NCBI GenBank assembly: GCA_002269645.1
Contig: NIVC01000978.1
Coordinates: 124,001 to 188,000 of the forward strand
From: Macrostomum lignano
Taxonomy: Eukaryota
Reading direction: 5' to 3'
DNA: 64,000 bases
The notes beneath the pieces were generated by a model. The model saw only the letters and a program-made list of their open reading frames with translations. It searched no databases and was not told the origin of the DNA. Positions within the stretch are counted from its first letter, which is position 1. Each line of letters starts with the position of its first letter. Of the stretch, positions 19,735 to 55,539 are shown piece by piece. Both the position numbers and the translations under genes were made by a program.

Positions 19735-20330
19735 TTTCTCTCAATTGCAACTTAGTTCCTCCCGATTGCGACTTAGTTCCTCCCGATTGCAACTTAGTTC
19801 CTCCCGATTGCGACTTAGTTCCTCCCAATTGCGACTTAGTTCCTCCTGATTGCAACTTAGTTCCTCTCGATTGCGACTTAGTTCCTCCCGATTGCGACTT
19901 AGTTCCTCCCGATTGCGACTTAGTTCTTCCTGATTGCGACTTAGTTCCTCCTGATTGCGACATAGTTTTTCCTGATTGCGACTTAGTTCCTCCTGATTGC
20001 GACTTAGTTTTTCCTGATTGCGACTTAGTTCCTCCTGATTGCGACTTAGTTCCTCTCGATTGCGACTTAGTTCTTCCCGATTGCAACTTAGTTCTTCCTG
20101 ATTGCGACTTAGTTCCTCCTGATTGCGACTTAGTTCTTCTCGATTTAGACTTAGTTCCTCCCAATTGTGAATTAGTTCCTCCCAATTGCGACTTAGTTCC
20201 TCCCAATTGCAACTTCTCTTTTCTTTTCTTTTTCTTTCTTTCTCCCCTTTCCCCCCTCTCTCTTCTCCCTCCTTTCTTTTCCCTTTCTCTTCCTCTCCTT
20301 TCTTTCTTCTCCCAATTTTTTGGTTTTTGC
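19735..20330. repeat. 21-bp minisatellite (gattgcgacttagttcctcct) followed by a CT-rich tract
   Basis: About 22 tandem units 19735-20212; 7-aa periodic ORFs. Confidence 0.93.
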
Positions 20331-21477
20331 GTTTTCGATTTTGCGACTTACCTTGGCCAGCGGCCATTTCACCTGTCCAGTTCGGACAGGTCGGACGGGT
20401 GTTGGGCATGTATGAAATTGGTTGAGCCATTTTTTTAATCGATCGTATAGCTACACAACTGTATATATACATACCCTATTGGAAATGTTAAAAACCCGCA
20501 GACACACACTTTAGAAAAGAGTCAAACTATTTTACCGCGCTTTAGGATTATTAGAGATGTTCCAAAAGATCTGCAGTTTTGTTGAAATAAAAATTCACTA
20601 ACTTTCCAAAATCAAAATTGAAATTTCCCAAAATGATAATTCAGAAAAACAAAGTTTATTTGATCAACACTAACTTTTTTTACTTTCAATTTACTGCTTA
20701 AGCAAAAAGTAATACATATATATGTTGTAAAAAGTAGTTTTATTTTTAGTGACTTTTTAGACACTATTAAAATTTTCACTTCTAAATTTTTTTCAAAATT
20801 GAAATTCACTTTAAAATATTTCAAATTCTGGAAAATTGAAATTGAATTTTCAGAACATCTTTAAGCTTAATAAATTACGAGTATATAAGCCCTTTCAACA
20901 GAGGTATTATACCCATTTCCATGTATATGTATTTGCTAGAGCAGCAGCCAGTAAGAAAGCACAGAGCGCATGCGTATGCGATGCGCCTGTGCGCATGTTG
21001 CATTTTAGAAACATTTCAAAAGTGCGCCAGACACTGTCTGCAGTTTTACAACTTTTTCCTATAGGGTATACATACATACCTGGACAACTCATTTATATAG
21101 TATATACATACATGCGCAACCTCCAAAATTTGGTCGGCTATGCGACTTAGTTTTAACAAAAATGTGACATAGTTTTTGGCCAAAAAATGCGACTACATGT
21201 AAAAAACCCTAGCATAAGTAGCGTAAAGCAAAATTAATGCTACTTTGGGTAAATGGCAGGAGTAACTACGACTTTTCTTATTAAGTCAAAATGCCTCATC
21301 AGCTACTTACTACTACTACTTGGGTATTTTTTGAGTGGGCATTTTTGCAACTTCCTTGTTTGGCTGCTAAATTGGTTGGCCAGATCGGCTGACTCAGCCA
21401 ACTGTTGCACATGTATGAGTATATAGGAAATTCTTTTATTGAAATTGAAAGCTTTTATTAATGGACTACTTGAAAAG

Positions 21478-21690
21478 ACGGATTACTGCACTTGATAAAC
21501 TAAAGATTATTGCACTTGATAAACCAAGGATTATTGCACTTCATAAGCCAAGGATTATTGCACTTGATAAACCAAGGATTATTGCACTTGATAATTCAAG
21601 GAATATTGCACTTGATAAGCCAAGGATTATTGCACTAGCTTAGAAAGGGACTATTGCACTAGCTAAGACATTGATTTTTGCACTTTGACT
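21478..21690. repeat. 24-bp minisatellite (ggattattgcacttgataaaccaa)
   Basis: About 8 units; IIALDKPR periodicity. Confidence 0.85.
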
Positions 21691-22179
21691 TGATGAGTAA
21701 ATGATTAATGCACTAAATAAAAAGGAGATTATTGTGCTAACTGAGACATGGATTATTATACAAGGCCTACTTGAGAAAGCAATTATTGCATTAGTGGACA
21801 AAATATTTACACTAGCTACTTGCTGTCTAGTGAATGTTTGCTATCTGGAGAATGCTTATATTGTACGAGGGTTGTTTGGAAAGTTTGTAGACAAACATTT
21901 TTTTCCAAACAAAAGGCAGTTAAGTCTCCATACTTTAGGCCGTAGACAGCACTTATGTCCCACAACTTTTAATGGTAGGGCCTAGTGCAATCAAATATGC
22001 TTGTTATTTTTTTAGAGCAGTCATTTTAAGTTACCTACTGTTTTGGCACTATGGAAAAAATGAAGAAGCCAAGCAAAGCATAATTTGGTTCTTGTGGAAA
22101 GAAGGGAAGTGACAGGCTGACATTGTTTGCAAGTTGCATGCGACTAAGCTCCTGTGATGTCAGAAGTTTATCTACCTTG

Positions 22180-22425
22180 GCGGTCTGGTTCCAGACGCTG
22201 CGATGCTGTCACAGGCTTGCCTATGCTGCCTTTCATTCTATGAGAGCAGTTCTGCAGTTTGAGGCCCTACGGCTATTGGACCGCCAGAGGGTGGCACTGT
22301 TCCAAGTGGTAAATGAGATTGTCCTGCTCCAGAATGCCAAGACCTAGACGCTAACAGACTTACTCAAACAGCAAGTCAATGTGGCAGACACTGCTGGAGG
22401 TGCAGCCTTTGTTTGCCCCCAAGCC
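22180..22425 (+). mobile_element. Degenerate RTE-type LINE fragment
   Basis: GLAYAAFHSMRAVLQFEAL..DRQRVALFQVVNEIVLLQNAKT is homologous to 28471-28610. Confidence 0.75.
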
Positions 22426-24040
22426 ATGAAGCGTGCCCTGTGATGCTGACTTTTGCCATCCTGACAGTGTATTTTGTTGTTGTTATGTTATTCTTGTTAT
22501 ATGTCATAAGACTCATAACATTCTTATCTTGCCTTATCCCAATAGGGCATAGGCCCCTAGCCTGATAGGGCATGTGCGTTACAAAAGGTCAGAGTAGGCA
22601 ATGAAACCACCTGATACCTCACTAGAAGGCAATCATCTTTACAGCTTAGTTAGAATTAAACTTATAGTAGTAGTAGAATTAATAGTTGTAGTAGGCCTAC
22701 CTGTATAACTTTTGCCAACACATTTTAGACACTTTTTAGGACACTTTAAAATTAAGGATGCTTTTTTAAGCATTAAGGAAATCATAATTATATAATTTAT
22801 GTATTATGTATTATGTATTAAAATGTCGCAAAAAGTGCCTTTCTGAATTCTGTTTGGCCAGTATAAGTCATGTAATTCAAGAGTAGGGTACATTTAGTAT
22901 AAGTACGAGTTTTGTAAAAATTATTTTGTATTTTTTTAAGCGGCTAAAATTTTTCTACGAATCTTCGAACGAACTTTAACGGCTAACAAGTAACGAAACG
23001 AAAAGTATTTAAATAAGGAATATAAAACAAGTACTGTATGAACTTGATGGAGAGCAACAAATTCATCCAGTAGGCTACTGGAGGCAGTAGGTGATTAAAA
23101 TGAGTTCATAGGTAGTAATCATTCAATATCAAATTTCGAATCTAACTAGATTGCTGGCAATGTTAAGCAGTTAAAACGAAGGAAAGATATTCGTAAAAAG
23201 GAAGGAGCTGTAATTAATTAAATCTGCTAATTGCAAATTAAAATAGTGCTATTTCTTAGTTGCGTAAAACAAAAGTTTAAGTATCGTTAAAAATTTAACA
23301 CTATTTTTTACTTTAAATTATTTAAAACTAACGTTAATACGACAATTATGTAAAGATATTAATGTTTTTGTTAAATACTTAATTTGTAAAAGCGAAAATT
23401 TTCGCTTTCGTTGCAATTCAAATACTCTTATGCAATATCAAGAGCGAGGACATTAGCGGAGAAAGAAAGAGCAGTAACTTAGTCACTCGGATCTTCCAAG
23501 TACCATTAGGGCCATGCGCACAGTAAAATAATCTGTGTATTTGATTTATAAAAGTTGCATGAGACACTTGCTTTGTTTGTCTGTATATTTGAGTAATCTT
23601 TGACGATACAAACTATAATTAAAATATTAAAGGTGAAGGACATCTCAATTATTTGCAAATAGAAGTAAGTACCTCTACAATATTCTACCACTACGCTAGC
23701 TTTGGGAGGCCAAGAAATCCAATAGTATTGGTATTTGTGCAACCATAAGTAATCAAATATCTTACTCAAATTAATATTAAATACTTTTAAAAGGTCAGTA
23801 TACTGAGAGTCAGGCTAGTTTCTGACTTCTGCATGGGTAATAAAAACGCATGCATACTTCTACTTGATATAGCCTAATGTCACATAAAATTTTAGAAGAT
23901 ACAATTTTTGTAGGATGCTTTTTGGTCAATCATAGGTGGACGATAGAGAAAAAAGTAATTAAAATTATAGTCTGAAAAGTCCATTTTAAAAGCTGTTTTT
24001 TTACTTAATTTTACTCCCGTTTTTAGATATCAAACAAAAT

Positions 24041-26701
24041 ATGGCTGAAGTTATGGACAATGAAAATCTAATCCAGTTTTTGCAGCAAATGTTTGAACAG
24101 CTCGGAGGTCTGCCACCAGTGGCTCCTAGCTATTCCTATCGTTCAAAGGCCTGACGAGTGGCACCCTGACAGAATTCAATTCAGTATCAGCAGCTACGGA
24201 CCAAGCTGTGTAGCCCGTATTCTGTCAGATCTGCGCAATCTCATGCCAGAGGAGCGGCGCCCTGGTGCCGATGTGTTTCCCAACGAGAACGACACTTCTC
24301 GAATCGACTACCTGATCCGTGGCCAACCCGACACGCCGTACGAAGGCGGATTCTTTCATTTTGCTGTTCGCGCGCCGCCAGAATATCCGGAAAGGTAAAT
24401 ATGATAATTATTCCCATTTTTATCGGGGCATTGTACCGTGCGTTTTTGTAGCTGTTTAACGTATACAGTTCCGCAAAAAACTTTGGCCATAAACTGCAGC
24501 AGCGTCGCAGGTTGCACTCCTCAGATACCTAGATGAAAGGAGGCAAACCATAAGCTCGATGAATTACAGGAGCTCACCTTTTGCCACCTCTTGGATGTAG
24601 AACATCCAGTATTAGCCGAATAGACGGGAACAGGGGCGCTCACCAAGAGAGACAGCAGCGCCAAGCATGAAACAGGGGCGCCAAGCATAAGACAGGGGCG
24701 CCAAGCATAAGACAGGAGCGCCAAGCAGACAGGGGCGCCAAGCATAAGACAGGGGCGCCAAGCATACGACAGGGGCGCCAAGCATACGACAGGGGCGCCA
24801 AGCATACGACAGGGGCGCCAAGCATAAGACAGGGGCGCCAAGCATAAGACAGGGGCGCCAAGCATACGACAGGGGCGCCAAGCATACGACAGGGGCGCCA
24901 AGCATACGACAGGGGCGCCAAGCATAAGACAGGGGCGCTAAGCATGAGCCAAGGGCGCCAAGCATGGGACAGGGGCGCCTGTCAAAAGACAGCGGGGCCC
25001 ACCAAAAGAGACAGAAGCGACAAGCATAAGACAGGGGCGCCCACCAAAATACCAATATTGGCGCCCCTTATAGATTCCAGTCTAGCTGCTAAACTGTACT
25101 ATAAGGAAGTGCACATGTTAAGAAAACATGACCACTGCCGCTACAAGAAAGTTTAACAACTTTGAGAAATCCATTTATAATTCTAAATGGAGGATGCATT
25201 TCCAAGCTTTTTTGACTAATGTACCGATTCAATGTACATGTTTATGTAAACTGTATGTCTAAATGCGCATTTTATTTGTTAGCTAGACATTATCCGGTTA
25301 CTATCAGTGCTCGAACGGTGTCGAGACAGGGCAAGACAGGATCTCAGGACAAGTCTGGATAGGATCTCAGGACAAGTCTGGATAGGATCTCAGGACAAGT
25401 CGGGATAGGATTTCAGGACAAGTCGGGATAGGATCTCAGGACAAGTCTGGATAGGATCTCAGGACAAGTCTGGATAGGATCTCAGGACAAGTCTGGATAG
25501 GATCTCAGGACAAGTCTGGATAGGATCTCAGGACAAGTCTGGATAGGATCTCAGGACAAGTCGGGATAGGATCTCAGGACAAGTCGGGATAGGATCTCAG
25601 GACAAGTCGGGATAGGATTTCAGGACAAGTCGGGATAGGATCTCAGGACAAGTCGGGATAGGATCTCAGGACAAGTCGGGATAGGATCTCAGGACAAGTC
25701 GGGATAGGATTTCAGGACAAGTCTGGATAGGATCTCAGGACAAGTCTGGACGGGGATAGATCTCGAGATACGATATCCTGTCCGAGGACTGCAGCCTGCA
25801 GGCTCCAATATATGTGCAGTCAGCGTACATGCACATCAGGGGTCAGTTTTTACCTCAAGGATCCCATAAAAAATCTAGCTCATGGAGAGGAAAGATCGAT
25901 GAGAGGCGAGAGGAGAGTGAAGAGAGTAGAAAGGAGAGATGAATGAAGAGAGAAGAGAGCTGAGAAGAGGCACAAACTTTGATCGAGTCTGATTGCTATA
26001 GTAAAGTTTCAAAGGACCCGAGGGCCGGATAGAGAGGCTTCCCCGGCGGCCAGAATTTGCTGACCCCCTGAACAGTACATGCACAGTCATGTAGACAGGC
26101 ACAGCCTAAAGTATTCATTTAGTGCATATTATATACAAACTTTTCCAGGCCGCCTCGAGTAGCCCTCATAACCACCGGCCGTGGCACAGTGCGATTCAAT
26201 CCGAACTTCTACGAGAACGGCTGCGTCTGTCTCAGCATCCTGGGCACCTGGCTCGGCAACGCCTGGGAACCCACTCACACCTTGGCTAACGTGCTGCACT
26301 CGCTGCAAGCTCGTTTCAACGAAATGCCGTGGGATAACGAGCCGGCATTCGATCAGAACCAGCTGCTAGAGTGGAAACAACTGTACAGCGACTTTCTCAG
26401 CTACGAGACCCTGCGGGTGGCGGTTTGCGACCAGCTGGATCCGGGACAATCGCCTCTGCCTGATGAGATGCGTCGCAGGGCCGCAAAGCATTTCGTCCGC
26501 GACTTCGAGCGCTACGTTGCTCGGTGCAATGAGCTGAGAAACCGACTGGACGGCAGGCCGATGATGAATCCGTACCAGCTCTGGGTGCGCAATCGGCAGT
26601 TCAACTTTGAGCAGATTGGTCAGCGAATTCACAGCCTGCTAGACAGTGCTCGGAGGGACGCTGAGGCGGATGCTGCTGCAGAGGCTGCTGCTGACGACTG
26701 A
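24041..26701 (+). CDS. UBE2Z: Ubiquitin-conjugating enzyme E2 Z-like. Exons 24041-24394 (with a +1 frame discontinuity near 24128-24154) and 26149-26701
   Basis: SCVARILSDL..GQPDTPYEGGFFHFAVRAPPEYP / [53 protein letters not shown]..MMNPY match UBE2Z; phase-2 GT-AG intron 24395-26148. Confidence 0.88.
24650..24985. repeat. 20-bp minisatellite (gacaggggcgccaagcataa) in the UBE2Z intron
   Basis: About 16 tandem units. Confidence 0.95.
25335..25752. repeat. 23-bp minisatellite (caggacaagtctggataggatct) in the UBE2Z intron
   Basis: About 18 tandem units. Confidence 0.95.
25837..26070. mobile_element. hAT-type MITE with AG-rich interior
   Basis: Ends caggggtcag / gctgaccccctg; right half homologous to 28060-28195. 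Confidence 0.6.
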
Positions 26702-27536
26702 GAAGATTAAACTCAGATAATATGGGATCTCTGGCAGGAGGATCAGACACGGTCATTTACATGTAATTAAGACATTCTGTTCCCCATTATTTCTTACACT
26801 AAGTTAAACAGTTTACGTAGGTAAGACCTTGATGTTAAAAAAAACCTAATTACTCGATTATTCGATATGAAACCATGCACGTACTCGAAAAAATATAGAA
26901 ATATAATTTTAGGGTGAAATTACCCCTCAAGTTACCCATATTCGTCTTAATTCTTCGATTGCTAAGTTAAGATTCAATATTTGAAATTATACAACGATGC
27001 ATCATGCATTGCACCGTGCGTGTACACAAACGATACTGTACTGATGTTGGCACGTCCTGGGCCCCCAAACTATTGCGCAACCTCCCTTCTTTCCCTGTGA
27101 TTCCTGCGATGACTCATGTTACCGCTCACCCCACTCCCCAGCGCACCAACCCAACCTCCTTTCTAGCTTTTCTTGCCTGTTACGTAATCCCCTATCATAA
27201 ATCATTTTTCTCCGCTGCGCCCAACCCCAATTTCTCGCCCAATCACAGCGCGGCTTACGAGTAACATAATTAGGATTGCTTGATAACTGAGGTCAATGAC
27301 AAGTCACAGCCTTCAATATCACGCATTACGCTCACGCTCACCGAGGGATCACAGGACTTTAAAGTAAGAGACTGCATGTTTTGAGCCCTGAGCTGCACTT
27401 TTCTACTTTCCGTTTTTGCTTTGCTTTTCTTTCCACTTTCGGCGTTACCGCTTCCTTCCCCTTCTCATTCCGTTTCCTCACGGACCCTTTGGAGCTGTAA
27501 CAATGTACCGCTCGGCGGAGCCCCTTCTCCTTTTCA

Positions 27537-27712
27537 ATAAATCAGCTGCTGTTGCTGTTTCAACACCGGACGGCCTATCGGACTTCTTTGAGACATCCTC
27601 CGGGGTGCTTCAGGGAGATACGCTTGCGCCAATCCTGTTCGTTCTGGTGCTTGACTGGGTGCTGCGGACCGCTCTTCCTACCAACGACGATGGCTTTCTG
27701 TTGCGGCGACGC
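27537..27712 (+). mobile_element. RTE-type LINE reverse-transcriptase fragment
   Basis: VSTPDGLSDFFETSSGVLQGDTLAPILFVLVLDWVLR, the RT 'GV.QG..L.P.LF' motif. Confidence 0.88.
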
Positions 27713-28195
27713 AGGGGTGTCGGAGAGGCGAAGGAGAGGAGAGGAAAGAGGTGAGATGAGAGGAGAGTAGAGAGGTGAGGAGATGAGAGGAGAGGAGAGG
27801 AGAGAATTGAGGAGAGGTGAGGAGATGAGAGGAAAGGAGAGAATTGAGGAGAGGTGAGGAGATGAGAGGAAAGGAGAGAGGTGAGATGTGAGGAGAGGAG
27901 AGAGGTGAGGAGATGAGAGGAGGGGAGAGAGGTCAGGAGAGGTGAGGAGATGAGAGGAAAGGAGAGAGGATAGGAGAGGAGATAGGTGAAGAGATGAGAC
28001 GAGAGAAGAGGAGAGGAGAGGAGAGAAGAGGAGAATATGAGAAGAGAGAGAGAGGTGAGGGAAGAGAGCTGAGAAGAGACACAAACCCTGAGCGGGCAGG
28101 ATTACTATTGTGAAGATTCAAAGGACCCAAGGGCCGGATAGAGAGGCTTAGCGGGCCACATTTGGCCTTCAGGCCGGAGTTTGCCAACCCCTGTT
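27713..28195. mobile_element. hAT-type MITE with expanded AG-rich tract
   Basis: Right end gggccggata..gtttgccaacccctg is hAT-like; same family as 25837-26070; left end uncertain. Confidence 0.55.
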
Positions 28196-28241
28196 TTAGT
28201 ATTTAGCCCTTTTACTTTGGCATCCCTGATCCAACTTCCGA

Positions 28242-28470
28242 GTCCGCCGCAATCCCAAGACTCAAACTGCTGCTGGCGCTGCAACTAAAAGCACTGAAAT
28301 GCCGTCAGATAAAAGAACAAAGAAACAGCGCCAAGAGGAACTGAAGGAGGCAGCCAAGAGATTCAGAAAACTACTGGTCTTGCCCTGGCAATTTTCATTC
28401 ATTTGAGGTATTTACTAAATAAATTGATAGTGCAGCGCCGTTGCGCAATGTTTGAATTAGTTGAAGATTT
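28242..28470 (+). repeat. ~230-bp direct repeat, copy 1 (copy 2 at 29026-29260)
   Basis: gccgcaatccca..cagcgccaagaggaactgaaggaggc..cactaaataaattgatag is shared by both copies. Confidence 0.8.
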
Positions 28471-29018
28471 GCCTGGGCTGCCTTTCGTTCTGTGAGGGCA
28501 GTCCTGCAGTCCGAGTCCCTGCCTGACCGCCAGAGGGCGGCGCTGTTCCAGGCGGTGATTGAGACCGTCCTGCTGTACAACGCCGAGACCTGGACGCTGA
28601 TGGAGTTGCTCGAGCAACAAGTTTGATGCGGCGCATGCTGGCCTGCTGTGCGCCGCCTTCAAGATCGGCTACGAGCGAGTGACCATACGCGCGGCTTTGT
28701 ATCGCCGCGCCGGCCTGGTCCGTCCAAGCGACCTGTTGCGCCGTCGGCGACTCCAGCTGGCAGGCCACATCATCCGCGCCCGAGTCGTACTGCCCAGACA
28801 AGCTCTGTTTGTGCCCAGAGCCGGTGCAGGAGGTGCTGCTGCTGACCTTGCAGCACCCTACCGGCGGGGGCAGGCGCGCACAAGGCGCTTCGTCGACTGC
28901 CTGCTGGCTGACCTCGGCGCCCCGGATTCGGCCGACGGCGTGGCGTTCATTCGCGACCTGGCCTTGAGGTGCGCCTTGTGACGCTGAACGCGTATTCTGC
29001 TGTTGTTGTTGTTGTTGT
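28471..29018 (+). mobile_element. RTE-type LINE 3' portion with frameshifts and a (TTG)n tail
   Basis: AWAAFRSVRAVLQSESLPDRQRAALFQAVIETVLLYNAETWTL..RRRRLQLAGHIIRA; tail tgttgttgttgttgttg at 29001-29018. Confidence 0.88.
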
Positions 29019-29025
29019 GTTTTCA

Positions 29026-29260
29026 AGTCTGCCGCAATCCCATACTTAAACCGCTGCTAGCGCTGCAACCAAAATGACTAAAATGCCATCAGCTAAAAGA
29101 ATAACGCACAGCGCCAAGAGGAACTGAAGGAGGCAAAAGATTAAAAAAAGTAACTAATTGGTTTTGCCCCTGGAATTTTCATTCATTCGGGATATAATTC
29201 ACTAAATAAATTGATAGCTAGTGCAGTACAGTTGCACAATGTTTAGATCAGTTGAAAATT
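29026..29260 (+). repeat. ~230-bp direct repeat, copy 2
   Basis: Homologous to 28242-28470. Confidence 0.8.
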
Positions 29261-29769
29261 AGAGCATTTTCAGACTAACCAACATAGAATTGAACATTGG
29301 GCCTGGTTGTCAAAATGTTTCAAACTGACATAAAAGCAGGTTTAGGGTAGCCCTTAAATTACAAAAGATGTAATGCAATGTGTTCTCCCACCAAATAGCC
29401 CCCCACTTTGAAAAATGTTCCGAAACCGCTGATTGTACGATCTCCAATCTAAAAGAACACATTTTTTTGTAAATTGAGCTTCAAAAGCTTAATTTAAACA
29501 TAAGTAATTAATTCTTAGGGCGATTTACACATGCATTCTTGAGTGCTTGAGCATATACAGAATTGAGGACAAGCATCCGATTTTGCTGACATGAAAATTG
29601 TTACATAAGTAGGTCCGTTGTATGTTGTACGTGTATCGTTCTGGTAAACCTTTTTGATTAGGATGAAAATATAATGGTTTATTATTTATAAAATATTCAT
29701 TTTTTGGAGTGTTGCCAATAGTGTCCGATAAAAACGGTCTTTCAATGACAATGTCGACATATGTACAAA

Positions 29770-30162
29770 GGAGCCTCTAATTCATATCGCCCGCCGGTTC
29801 GAAAAACGGAACCGGTTCCGAACCGGCTCGACGCTCTTCATATCGATGGTTCGAAAAACAGAATCAGTTCCGGAACATGGTTCTGGTTCTGGAATATGGT
29901 TCGAGAATTTTTCTCAAACCGTTGTCATGTTTACACTTTAACAGTAAAATATTTGAAATTGTCAATTTTTTATTATTGTTATATAATTATTCCGTTTTTT
30001 GTCATATCCAAGAGGAAATAAAGTCAAAGAACGACAAAATTAAATTGTAAAGACTGTCAAACATAAAATTGGTTCGAAGCTCCTCATTTCACACTGGTTC
30101 TGGTTCTAGAGTAGAACTCTAATTTATTCTGGTTCTAGAACCGATTGCCGTGAAGAGGCTCC
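29770..30162. mobile_element. MITE-like element with short inverted ends and internal ggttc/gaacc subrepeats
   Basis: ggagcctct (29770) / agaggctcc (30154-30162); many gaaccgg/ccggttc motifs. Confidence 0.5.
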
Positions 30163-30868
30163 AGGACTCGTTTAGGTGTTTTAAGAAAAACAAATACTTT
30201 GATTTTTTTTCGCATCAAGTCTCTGTATTCTAAAATTTCTCTCCTAATCAAAGTTAAATTTATATATAAGTTAGTATCTTATTCATTTTAAAGTTTATTC
30301 ACAGAAAAGTTTTATTATTTTATGTACATTAAAAATCGTTTTTATTAGAAACTCAAAACTATCATAACGTTTTCTGTACAGTACATGCACAGTTCGCTGA
30401 TTGACAGCTGACGAAAGTGTATAAGTTATTGACTATTAGGCTTAGCTACTGCTGCTGCAAAACTAACTGTCTCTAGTTTTGCTGTATACTGTTGCTATGC
30501 TTGCTTCATGTAAAATTCAAGGAATTCGAACAAGTTTTTAATCACATTGCAAAAATTCGTTCTTGCCAGTACACCAACTGCGAAGACAACTGATGTAGCC
30601 ATTGTAGGGTGGTGCTGCTTGCTTGCGTCCTGTTTCTACAACTGTTTATTAATCAATACAGCTTTTTGCGTGACCTTTGCACTTCTACTTTTAACATCTT
30701 AGCAGTCTGCTTGGCCTAGTAAAGTACAATTGACAATTTGACTGCTTAAACTAGATTACTACAACAGAAGTCTAAAACAACAACAAGTGCTGACAGTCTC
30801 ACAGAAAGCAACATAAGTATTTATTACTATTTTTAACTGTCCCTGGCTTTGAAGATCATAAATATATA

Positions 30869-53596
<22,728 letters not shown>

Positions 53597-54034
53597 GGCC
53601 GGAGATGCCCCCAGCTATTCTAGAGGCGCCTGGAAACTAGTATGGCGCAAAATGCAAATTTACGAAGCACACTTATTCACAATTTTCATATAAGTCTCGT
53701 CCTTTGTATTGTCGCGTTTGCTTTGTAGAATTGGTCTTTTAGAATTTTAAACTCGCGCCAAAAATCTTGTTATTGTTTCTTGGAATTCTTGGCCGATATT
53801 TTCTTAAGAATTTTTTAAAGATTTGTTCATTTTTCATTTTTTTTTCAATTGATCAGATGTTTATACAAGTTTGCTGTTTTTCTTCAACTTTGTTTTGCTG
53901 TGTAGAATTTAACAATTGAATGAAAAAAATGAATGTTTTTATGCTTTGCTTTGGGTTAATATTTTTACAATATGACAAAACTGTTGATTTTACATAATGC
54001 ATGTGTACTTTTCCAAGGCTGTGGCCGGGTCGCC

Positions 54035-54420
54035 TAATAGAATCCTATGGACACCTAATGTAACCCTATTGGCACCTAATGTAACCCTATGGGCACCTAA
54101 TGTAACCCTATGGGCACCTAATGTAACCCTATGGGCACCTAATATAACCCTATGGGCACCTAATGTAACCCTATGGGCACATAATGTAACCCTATGGGCA
54201 CATAATGTAACCCTATGGGCACATAATGTAACCCTATCACCTAATGGAACCCCAATAGCGCCTAATGGAATCCTATGAGCGCCTAATGGAACCCTATTGG
54301 CGCCTAATGTAACCCATATGGGCGCCTGATGGAACCCTATTACGGTAGTGCCTAATGAAACCCTACGAGGGCCTAATGAAACCCTTTGGGCGCCTAATGG
54401 AACCCTATGCACGCGTAATA
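54035..54420. repeat. 21-bp minisatellite (cctaatgtaaccctatgggca)
   Basis: About 18 units, degenerating distally. Confidence 0.9.
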
Positions 54421-55539
54421 AAATTTTGGATGCGCCTAATGCAGCTTGAAGGGCGCCTCTCCCGCCTTGGACACAGCTGGCAATTGTCCAGCTCATGAAT
54501 CGCTTACAGCAGCTGCTTAAGACTTAACTGCTACATCGGGTTGTGTAGCAGTGCCGCTTGTTACTACCTAAGTCGTCACATTGGTCAGTATTAACTGTTG
54601 TATTCTGTCACACGTGTAATCAGGTCAATAAAATCAATACATTAACTATAATGACATTAAAACCTTGTTTTCGTGATGATTTTTACATTAGCTTGCTTTC
54701 TAAAGGCCCCTGGCAACCAGTAGTATAACTGATTCGCTGTTCGATTGTAGTTATTTTCTTTTGGTTTTTTGTAAATTCAGAACAATATGCCCGTTATATG
54801 CTACTGTTGTTTCGAGTGTAATTTAAAGTATAAAGAAATCGCACACTTATAAATAAAGCAGGCCATGGCTCAGAGTGCAATCTGAATTTTTCATGTACAA
54901 AATGGATAAGCAAGAAAGATATTAGAAAATAGAAATTTAAGGCAACTGCTTTTATTTATTCATTTTCTTTGTTTTTGTTAATATCAAATTATGAAATCAA
55001 CTGGCTTACATTTCCTGCTTCGTAAAGTTATTTACGCTACATATCGTTATCTGTCCCGGTTATATATTCTGCTTAACTCAGTAGCATGTGCGGCAAATGA
55101 TTACAGTTTATTGAAATAACGCCAGCTTTTTATCGCCTTGTCAACAGGGCAGTAATGAAACCAGCTGCTGTATCTTGGCAATCGTATTTGGATGAGCCGG
55201 AAACTTTTCTACCTTGTACGCTGGTTCCATCTTGGCATCAACAAAAGCACCAGACGAATCCGAGATTACAGTGCTCTGTCCTAGCGGACCTCAGCTCATT
55301 AGCTTCGCGAGTGATGGCTGGAAACTGGCCCTGTCAGTCAGTCCAGTGCAGTCCATTGTTGCTGCGCTTATTGGGACAAATTATTTGCATGTAAAAGTAC
55401 ATTTTCATCCTAGTGGCTGAACTGCTGGGTAAACTTGCAAGTTTCAATGAGATTTGATGTATCATGCGATCTCAGTATGAGGCCGCGGTGCATGTACATT
55501 GTAGGATTAGATCAGTTAGGTTAGCTTGTGGGTGCAAAG

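Noticed and set aside
21864-21884. tacgagggttgtttggaaagt, a mariner-like TIR
   Set aside because: No matching partner end or adjacent transposase found; the WVPHAL fragment is 7 kb away
55155-55420. Short ORFs 55155..55394 and 55214..55420
   Set aside because: No homology recognised and no coding bias or splice support
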